Shown in pieces: positions 1-10,600 of a DNA stretch of 64,000 bases. The notes under the pieces were generated by a model. It worked only from the letters and a program-made list of their open reading frames with translations, was not told the origin of the DNA and did not search any database. Within the stretch, counting starts at the first letter, position 1. Each line of letters begins with the position of its first letter. Source of the stretch: Monocercomonoides exilis PA203 (lineage: Eukaryota > Protista > Preaxostyla); NCBI GenBank assembly GCA_001643675.2, contig LSRY02000005.1, positions 1,178,001 to 1,242,000 on the forward strand. The letters run 5' to 3'. A program made the translations under genes and the position numbers.

Positions 1-3000
1 TATATTGTCCTATTTTAATAATAAAAACATGAGAAATAAAACATAAAAAAAATAAATAAAAAAATATAATCAATATGATCAATCCCACAATTAAAATATT
101 AATATCCAAAAAATAAGAAATTAGTTTCTTTTGTCGTAAATTGAACCTCAGCTTGCGAACATAAGATAAATCAAATGGATAGAAGTTTTATAAAAGTGTG
201 CACTGAGTGATTATTAACATTTCATTCAATTCTTTATTATATTTGATTATGATTTTAAAGCTGATTGTTTTTGTGCAGTTGGAGGTTATCAATGTTATGC
301 CATGATGATCATGAAAAAAGACGCACCGACAAAGTGTATGAATCATTTTTTCTAAATTAAATTTATTTAATTATGTGTTCAGACTTTACAAGTTGAATTT
401 CGAAATATTTCAGATGAATCATTGTTGAACGTTGAAAATGAAATAATAGCCAACGCTTTTGCTGTTTCATTTCAGAGGAGAAGGGAGAAGCATATTTGGC
501 TGCGAAGAAAATTTGAGATAACATTTCGCATTTTTTTATTTGAAATTCTGCAGTCACTGAGAAAATGTTAAAGAAGATAGTTTTATTGATTCCTTCAACA
601 GGCTATCTTTGATCAGTGAAATAATTAGATTCAAACATTTTATTTTATAAGGGCAGAACATTAATCAAATTGCACAATAGGTGAAGTCAGCTCAAAGACT
701 ACAAAAGGGAAATTGATGAAACTGGAGGATTGCGCAGATATGAAAATGGACAGTTGCGTTTTTGATGGGAGTTCAAAGGAAGGAAATGAAATGGGAGAAA
801 GAGATGATGGGATTTGCAGATGGAATGGTTCAGTTGTTGATTTTTCGAAGAGTTCTGTGATGATGAAAGACACAACTATTTTGAGTTCACCCGATGGAGG
901 AATAACTGTGAGTGGAGGAAATGTGATAATTGAAATGGGGTTATTTGAAAACAATAATTCCTCAATTGAAGGATATCCATCATTGAGAAGAAATATCATC
1001 TGTTCAGATTCAGGAACATTGAATGTGATGAGTTTGAAAGGAGGAGATGGAGTTTTGCCAAATTCATCTCTTTGGATGTTGAACAATGGGTGCAGTTTTG
1101 AAGGGATTGTCTCTGAGAGGGATTCATCATTCTTTATTCCAGTTCTGGAGAGCGTGGAAGCAAAGGAAGAGACAGATAGAATGAAGCTGATATTCAAAGG
1201 GATGCTTCTTGTTCCATGCAATCTGTCATTCTCAGTTGTGAAGAGGAAGGGAGAAGAGAAAGAGATTGAAAAGCACGATTTTGACTCAAATGGGTTTTTA
1301 TCCGAAAGAGAAATTGAAGGAAGTGTTGCAAAAGATCTCATCAGCAATTGTGGAAATGAAATCGAAGTGAGTGTGCATATTTTGTTTGGAAATGCAAAAT
1401 CTTTTTCATCAACAACTTCATTCATTCTGAAGAATGCAAGTGAAAAAAATACAAAAGATGATGAAATAATATCAGAAACAACAAAATTGGATGGGGTGTT
1501 ATTGACTTTATAATGAACGTTATTGTTTTATTAATTTTTGTTTGTTTGTTTGTTGTGGCAGTTGTTCTTTTGCGAAGGAAACTGTAAGAAGTTGAAATGA
1601 AAGTTTAGAAAGAGAGATTGTTAAATGAGCAGGTAATGGGAAAGAAAGAGAGGAGAAGTGAAGAGAGAGTGGAAAGCTTTGAGATGAGTGAGATGTCATC
1701 GACTTTGCTGGAACGGATGACGAGTCAGATTCCGTTATTGATCGAGGATGAAGAAAGCACATTAGAACAGCCAACAACAAGCAATGACGATGGCGATAAC
1801 AACAATGATGAGGAAGATGATGATGTAATTCTGAATGAAAATAATATTCCAGATTTGGAATCTCCATTGCCATTTTCTGAGAACGCTTCTGCTTCTGGAG
1901 CTTCACAATCACATTCATTCAATGTGATATCAGCAAAGAAGCCATTTCGAGAGATAAATTAAAATGACTTGAAAATATTGTATTCAGCGATTCATTCAGT
2001 GCAAGGGAATTTCACACTGGGAACAAGAGCAATGGATGTTGTTGATGGGAAGGAGGTGGTTATGGCAGTTGCAGAGCTGTTTGAGCATTTGATTTCAGTT
2101 GGAGACGAAAGGGAAGAAATGATGGGGAAACAATTATGCCCATATTCAATCTTTGTTGAGGAAGGAAATAATGAAATCTACGTTTTGTCAGAGGAATTAG
2201 AGGATGGCAAGCAGAAGGAAGAGATGAAACGATGGATGGCACCTGAAGCTGGAGAAGAGGATATGGAAAAAACAGTTGTTTTTACACTTGGACTGATTCT
2301 CCATGAAATGACAACTGGAGAAGTGCCATTGAGCGAGTGTGATGAAGAAGAAGCACAGGAGATGATGAGAGATGGAGTGCGACCGCTGACAGAAGGAATT
2401 GAAGGAGAGAAGCTGATTGAGGTGATGGAAAAGATGTGGGGAAACGTCACGGATGAATCACTTTCTTTGTGTGAAGTAATTCAATTGTTGTAGGAATTTT
2501 ATCAAATTCTTATGCTGACAGCAATTGATCGTTTTGGCAACTCATTTATTGAATAACTTTATGACAAATATTGGTTTTTCTTTTTCTTGTTGTTTAAATA
2601 ATAGTTTTGCTGATTGATTTTAATTATAAAGAAATTTAATTTTTATTACACCTTCAAAAACAAGCATGTAATAATCATCGTGTATTATATAACATTAATA
2701 GAATGAGAACATTTATTTTCATGACTTTTGAAAAATGAAATGAACATATAACGAAATGATTAAAAAAATTAAAAAAACAATTGCATAAAGTTCTATAAAC
2801 GAATAAATTGAGCCATTTTTTCATTTTAATATTAATAAGATATGCACATATTACAATACACATGAAACAAAATTGACCAAACATCACAAATAATCCATTT
2901 CCAACGATAACAATGAATTATTTATAAAAATCAACGATAAAAAGTTATATTAGTAATTATTCATTACACACTTTATTACAAAATACATACTTTATATTTC

Positions 3001-3166
3001 TTTGATAGTCATTTACGGGTGTTCATTGCACGATGAGAAAAAACAAATTCTTATTTTTTGGATATTAATATTTTAATTGTAGGATTGATCATATTGATTA
3101 TATTTTTTTATTTATTTTTTTTATGTTTTATTTCTCATGTTTTTATTATTAAAATAGGACAATATA
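1..3166. repeat. Long inverted repeat pair (1-119 / 3048-3166) flanking a pseudogene fragment; left arm cut by window edge
   Basis: The reverse complement of 1-119 matches 3048-3166 with one mismatch (aatcccacaa vs aatcctacaa). Weaker similarity continues inward to about 220 / 2950. Confidence 0.85.
651..2493 (+). pseudogene. Truncated, disrupted paralog of the receptor-like pseudokinase (end of ectodomain, TM, kinase C-lobe)
   Basis: ORF 713-1513 resembles the 2733-aa protein (SCVFDG, GGITVSGG, GYPSLRRNIICSD, SLKGGDG, TTSFILKN). A frameshift near 1510 leads into a TM segment, followed by in-frame stops at 1585, 1606 and 1960. 1969-2493 has RWMAPE and VFTLGLILHEMTTGEVP. No intact 5' part. 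Confidence 0.85.
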
Positions 3167-4647
3167 ATAAATAATGACCTTTCATCCACTTTACATTTCA
3201 TAATTATCTTGTTTTATTTATTTTTTGAAAAAATACTCATTTTTATGGGTGATTTTTAAAAATTGATTTTTCTCAAGGATCAAAATGAATCTCAAAATTC
3301 CAGTCCATACAAATGTTTTATTATTAAATATGCTTTGTATTTATCACAACGTTTTAAAAAATAACCAAGTATTGGGAATGTACCTTAAATACACCTATGC
3401 CATTTTTTTTCTTTCATCAAATGAAGCTGGTGTGAAAAAGTTTTACTTCTCATTTTCTTTTCTTCACTTTTTCATTTCTCAGCTCTTCTATTTTTCTTTG
3501 TCTTTCTTCTTTTTCTTTTTCCATCAAATATTCCTTCAATTTTATTGATTTGTGAAAGTCGAAACTCAACTGAATGAATGACTGGAAGAAAAATAGGACC
3601 ACCCAGATATTCTTCAAGGTTGTGTGTGGATTGTGCAACATCTTTTTTTTAATCCATTTTGTTCTTACAACAATAATCTGTATGAATTCCATTTTTCCAA
3701 GTCCCAAGCACAAAAGCAAGGTTTAATGTGTCAATAAAAATTAGTAAAAATGGAATGCTCAACTTTTTATTTCGGACTGACAGTACTGTCCCTAATGTTA
3801 TTTTTTTCAAATGATAAGAAAAATTGGTTGCTTCAGTTCTTGTCTGTTCTGATGATGAACAAACGTCAAAAAATACGCTTTCAAAGATAATTATCTTTTT
3901 TTCATTTTTGACAAGCAATTTTTTTGTTCAAGCATTTTTCAAAATAAGCAAATCTTTAAAAGACTGATGATGTTTTTATTCAATTTTCCCCTTTCAAAAA
4001 CTTATATTTATAACAACAAAAAATCACAAACTCAGAAGAAACAAATTTTAATGATTAAAAATCAATGGTGTTTGAAAAATTATGATTATAAAGCATATCA
4101 GAGATATCGTGCACAAATGAAAAAATTCAACATTCTGGAATTACACATATGGATGGAAAAACAGAACAAAAAAGATATAGCCAGAGGCAATTCTCACGAA
4201 GTGGTGTTTCAAACAGTAGCTGATATTTATAACTGAAAAGAAAAATCTGGTAAAACAACAATGAACGAAACAAAAAAGCTTTGAATGCGCTCAAAAGCAC
4301 AATTAACATAAAACTATAAAGTTGAATACACAGAAGAATATTTGACTCATTATAATTGATTTGCAATAACAGAAAAGATGAAATGCAAATGTATGAATGA
4401 ATAAAAAAAAGTCAATATAAAGATACAAACATTTGAATTACAAGTATTGGCGATACTCAAACCACGCACAATACATTTTCTAATACAGACAAATTCATTT
4501 TATCGATTTCCCACACAAACTCCTTCAGCCAGGACAACTCTTTAATTTCAATTTTCATTTCCCCAATTCGCAGTTCCCCAACAAACTCTTCTTCCCATCA
4601 CCCACATTCTCTTTCCAGGCAGCCACCTCCCATCCCACTCCACTGCT

Positions 4648-7600
4648 TCACGTTGCAAAGTCGATCGCATCTGACATCGTAATAACCACTGCCTCTTTCG
4701 GGAAGTGCTGAATGAACATCCTCTTCAGCTCAACAACACTCGGTCTGGCTTCGCTTTCCCCTGCCCAGCACCCCTCCACTGCTTCTGCAAGATCCGACTC
4801 CATCACACCATCCACACTCGGCCTCTCCCCATTCACAATCTTCTGCCCAGCCACCTCTGCCTCGTATTCTCCAAATGGGATTTGAAGGGTCAGACACTCC
4901 CACAGCATCATCCCGATCGAAAATGACACTGATTCTTTTGTTGCTCCCATCTTCTTGTTCATCTGCAGCTCTGGTGCCTTCCACCGCATGCACTCTTTTT
5001 TGTAATAATCATCATCCTCAAAAGCCGAAGAAGGCAGAGAGTTTCTATCATCATTATCATCACTGGCAGATGTGACAACAGTTGACGATGAAATGGATGA
5101 CGAGTCTGAATCATCATCTGACAATAAGTCAGAGTGCATCACAATACAAATCACCATGTGTTCGGAGAACAAAACTATGTGAGGACTCAGATTGGCAAGT
5201 GACTGAAGAGGATTTTGCATTTCATCAAACGAGTGGAGAGCAAGATTAGCCACCCAGAACAAGATTTGGGCAGCAGTCTGCTCCCTCTCCTTCAATGAGC
5301 CAATCGCCATCTCTTTCTTCTCATTCCTCCCATGAAGCAGCATAAACAGCGAATCCCTCAGATCCACAATCAGCTTTTCATGTGGTGATGAGCAGGCCAT
5401 TGCATCCACCAGATTCGACATCGATGAGGTGGTCGGACACATGCTCTCTGGTCGGATAAAAGTGGAATCTGAATCTGTTGTTGAAGTGGATGAGATGGAC
5501 GGTGATGGTGATCTCTTTCGAATCTCGTCTTCTTCAACCTTCTCTAATGCCCATTCAGGAATCTTATCAGAGTCTCTGCCCAATATATATTCAGTGGAGC
5601 CACTCTCAGATAGAAGGTACTCTTCAGACTCTGAATGAACCATCTCCTTTCCATTTATTCTTTTCTTCATCCTTTCTTCGTTTTTCTTTTCTGCCTCTTT
5701 CTCCGCTCTTCTCCACTGCGCCTCTGGTGACATCTCCATTGTAACCATCTCAATCAGTTTCGGATCCTTCTTCACTGTATCGTTCACAATTTCCTCCAAT
5801 TCTTCTGTTCTTCTCTCCGACTTTCTCCATCGAACAGCCAGAACAATTGACACAATCAAAACAATTAACAATATTACAACCAATAAAATAATCACAATCA
5901 ACGCCCATGACGATTTTCCTTCTTTTCCTCCTTCAACAATTCTTTCATCTCCATTTGCCTTAGGTTCACTTCTGTTCTTCAGAATGAATGAATCAGTTGA
6001 GGCTGGAGATTCAGACCTTCCAAATAAGATTTTCACAGACACTTCTGTTGCCTCAGACGCAGTTGTAACAATTGAGGCTGGAATGGCTGTGTGAATCTCT
6101 GTTTCACTTGCAAACTCTTCTGCTTGCAGCGGATACACCTGCAGATTGTGAACCGAGCCATCGAAGGAATCAACTTGGAGGGACAAGCCACAGGGCAGGA
6201 GCAAGGAGCCAGCAAGATCAATCGCAAGGTTACTGCCTTGCTGATGAGACTTCACTGAAGCCAGTTGCGGAATGAAGAATGGAGAGGCTCTTTCTGAAGC
6301 AATTCCAGAAAGATTACATCCCAAGTTCAAAACCCAAAGTGATGAGTTCTCTTTTAAGCCATCTCCGCCTTTCAGACTCTGAATGTTCAGCAGCGCATGG
6401 TCTGAACAGACGATGTTGTTCCTCATGGATGGATAGCCTGCTGCACTCGGGCTGTTGTTGGCAAACAATCCAAATTGCACAGAAAAGCTTCCACCTGACA
6501 CAGACAGCCCTCCTTTCGATGAGTTGGCAATGCTCGTGTCCATTATCCTTCCTGTGCAATTCTGAAGATCAACCATCGATCTGCTCCACTGGCACAACCC
6601 TTCTGATCGCTCATCGTTCGCTCTCAACTCTGGTGCGCTTGTTGCTCCGTCGAACACACACGAAGACATGCAAGCATCTGCCAAATCTGCCAACGCTGCA
6701 ATGCTCCCTTTTTCAGATGGCGAAGCACACTTTTTGTTCGAGCAGTTCTCCAATTCCAGCAACAAAGACGAAGACGAAGACGAAGACGAAGCAGCCAAGC
6801 AGCACGGGCCCAGCGAATCTCGGGTTATGTTTTGGAATGAAGGCTGCTTCAAATGGAATGCCGAAGCATTCGATGTCACGCTCACTGCGCACCCATCCCC
6901 AAGCACTGCGTTTGAAATAGCCAAGAAATTCATCTCAACATCTGAATCTTTACATTCGACAGAAACCAACGATTCACTTGAAACGCGAGTATCATCGAAT
7001 TCCAAATGAATGCCCTGGATGTTTGAATGCCCTCCCGAACCATCTGAGGAAAGCACAATCATGTTTGATCCGCTCCGAGTGCCTCTCATCTGAATGTTCT
7101 GAAGCTGGCAGTCTTTGCAGTTGCGAAGAATGAGGCCTGATCGCTGAGCGCTGCAATTGGATGCATGCACCTGCTGCATGGACAGCTTTGCCAGATCGTG
7201 GAAATCCATCAGCACTCCAGAAATAACATCTGTGAAATTCAGAAATGCACACGAGAAACATTGCCCACAACTTGCTGCCAGGCATGAAGAACTGAAACAG
7301 AGGCCAGCAAAAGTGCAGTCAGACATCGTCAATCTTCCACCGCTCATTTCAACAATCGAGCAATTCAGTTCAATTCCAGAGTTTCCACCAGAAGCTTCTT
7401 GAGCAAAGATTGTGTCTGCAATTGACAAGTTGCCATCAGCAAGCGATATTAAGCTGGAGTGAGAAGAAGAAAAAGCATTCCCAAACAGAATCGTCAGAAA
7501 CTCCACTTTGACTCTCGACGAGCACTCAGTGAGACTGCCCGTCTTGCACTCGATGCAGCAGTTCAGGTGGAGCACCCCTTTGTCGCTTTCCTGCTCCAGC

Positions 7601-10600
7601 GACTTGATCGTCACATCACGCGCACTTGCTTCGCCAGACACCAGGGCGCTTTTTTCGATGAGCAAATTGCTGTAAGCAGAGGGAATGATATGTGACAACG
7701 CAACATTCAACGAAGAACATGGACCGCTGATTGCGCCACACTGGCGCGTGTCAGAGGCGTTGTCAGCTGAAGAAGACGCAAATATTGTCTCGCTCTGATA
7801 CACAACAATCAGCTCCAACAAATCTTCCTCGTCATAATAATTCTGTGCTGTGCATCCCCACATCGCAAGATCCCGAACAAACGGAGGTCTGAAGTCGAGC
7901 TGGAAGAGCTCAATGCTGATTTGAGATTTGATATTTGTGCATCTCACATACAGGTCTCGTCCTGCGAGCGCCTTGTTGTTCATGAAAGTTGTGTTTTCCA
8001 AGAGAAACGGCAAAGGACCATCGCTTGTGATTGATGAGCAATCCAGGAATATTGCGCCTCCTCTTCCACTTTCTGAGCAGAAACACTCCGAGACAGCCGA
8101 AAAACGACACTCGAAAAAGCCTCCTTCGCTCAGGCTCATGATCATTCCTCCACCTTTCTCGCTTTCGCTGCTTCCACAGTTCTTCATCGATGTGTTTTGC
8201 ACAGACACGCTGCAAGGCTCGCTGCCAGTGCAGCTGATGATGGAGGGCTCAGATGGTGCATTTTGGAGAAGCGAATGGAGCGTGCAGCATTTCAGTTGCA
8301 CTGTTGGACTGCCACCTTCATTCAATCTCTGCGACTCTCCTCTCCTCTCAGCCTGCGCCAACACTGCAACAACGCTTTTGCCCATCAGTTCCATGTTGCT
8401 CATCGAGACATTCGTCAAGTCAATGTTGCTATCATGCGATGCCATCAGAATGTGACTTTTGCACTTAATAGATTGGAACGAGCAGAATGATATTTCGCAT
8501 GCTCCCGACAAGCAGGCAACAACACAATAAGGAATGGCTGCCTCAGAGGCGCTGGCAAACGAGCAGCTTTGAGCTGCAAAAGCGCTGCCAGCTGTGCTTA
8601 TCAGCTTCGTCTGCTTCCATTCAGATCCATCCCCGCAGCAGATCTCAATGTTAATGAAGGAACATTTCCCATTGTTTGTTAGTACAAAATCGCTTTCTTC
8701 TTCCTTTCCTGCCTGAGGTGAGATGGCTGCTCCAAAAGTCAGGGCAGGACGAGACTTGGCGTCAACTGAAGTCACAGTGATGTTTGAAATGTCGACCTCG
8801 CTGTTCACCTGTGCTTCATCAACTATCAGAAAAGTGTTCATGGGAGGTTGCGCTGGCTCTTCCAAAGCACGGAAATGGTTCTGCCCAAACTCCATTGTTG
8901 CACACGGCTCTTCTGCACTCCCACACCGCAGAACATCCCACCCGCTGTTCTTGCTGAGATGGATTTCTTGAGAAGCAAATCCAATCAGAAATCGGCAAAG
9001 ATCGAAGATTGTCTTCGTGGAGTCGTTCCCCACAAACAGATTTTTATCTCCCGCTGTCTCGCTGACTTCAAATGCCAATGTCTGCTTTGTGATGGAAACA
9101 TTCAGGTCTGACGAAAGAAAGAACATGTTTTTCCCGTACTTTGCAGAGCACTGATCGAATGCTATCTGATGGAAGGAGAATGCATTGGAAGCCGAGCAGT
9201 CGAAATAGACCCCTCCTCCTTTTCCACCTGTTTCATTTTCAGCGCAGCATTTCGTGAATGTGGCGTTTTCCATCCTAAATTGCCCTTGTGCTTCAACAAC
9301 AACTTTCATCGCGCCTCCCTCCATGCTCTCAGCGCCTTTGGCATTCGTGACATTCCAATGCAAACACTCAACCTGGCTCGAAATTAAGGACGAAATCAAC
9401 ACTGCGCTGTTTGCATTGCCATTTGTTATCCCTTCAAAAGAGCATTGCGAAAGAGAGATAACCTCGTCACTCGTCGCACCATCATTCAATAGTTTGGATG
9501 GTGATGATGGTATCACATGAATCAGAGGATAATCGCAAAGGATAAATCCATTCACTTTCAGCGAGATAACTGTCGGAGCAGCAGCGCCATTCTCGCTCAC
9601 CGCAATAGGTGCTTGGCAGAGGCAACCTGAATCAATTTGGCAGTCATCAATATTGAGTATCCCTCCGCACATCTGAAACAGCCAATAACTTATCTGGCTG
9701 GACTCTCCCATTTGCACCCCAAATGCACACTTTGTCAGCGACAGGTTGCTCTCAGAAGTCAAGAACATCAAAGTTTCTATCTCAGAATCGAACGAAGATG
9801 GTAGCAAAAAGTGGATTAATTCAACAGATACATTCCCCGTGGCTGCAATCACTTTTCCACTCACAGCATTCAGCGACTTGAAACAGGTTACTCCAGCTCG
9901 CAAATCATCTGATGATTTCAAGCTCACGCTGTGCAGATTCATTTCGCTTTTGAATGTTACTGATTTTACGATAGCTATTGCCTTTGCACTCACCTCTTCC
10001 AGTCTTTCCATGCAATAGTCAACCGATTGGCACGGATAATCCGAGAACCCACATACCACAGTATCAGCTCCATCCTCGCTTCCCACATGGACTGTGCTTC
10101 CAACTTCCTCCAGAAACAGAACCAACGGAATTGAATGCTCGTGATCATTTCCATGGAACCCGCACAAATCATCAAAGCAGCTATGACCCAGTGCATAAGC
10201 AAAAGGAAGCGTTTCGTTCGTGATCGATTCTCTTAGATCTGGAGATTGAACAAACAAGTTGTTTCCATGCTTCGCTTTGTTTGGCTTTCCTGACGAAAAA
10301 GAAGGAGCTGTGATGGCAAATGCTGCATCCGAGTGCTCAAGATTCAGAAAGATCCCTCCCCCGAATCCAACCTGCGAATCGAAAGGCGCCTCGCATTCTT
10401 CGAAGGAGCATTCCGAAACTGTTGCTGAGCATGTGTTTGGCAGCGACAGGAACAGCGCCCCACCTCCATTCCCATCACCAGAAACAACACAATGCTCAAA
10501 AGTGCATCCGCTTATTGAAGCACCGCAGCCATCCTCAAACCCTTCGCTCCACACTGCTTTCAGGCATCCGCCATTCTGCTCGCTCTCAACATCCCAGAAT

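Noticed and set aside
1513-1968. TAA/TAG reassigned to Gln (known in some oxymonads), which would remove three in-frame stops
   Set aside because: A frameshift is still needed near 1510. PSMB3 ends in TAA and SPT3 in TAG at the expected positions, and the multi-kb ORFs contain no internal TAR codons.
3550-4380. Coding-like fragments (GIHTDY) and the palindrome GACAGTACTGTC, suggesting a transposase relic
   Set aside because: Multiple stops, no TIR pair found, and the motif is too short to assign.
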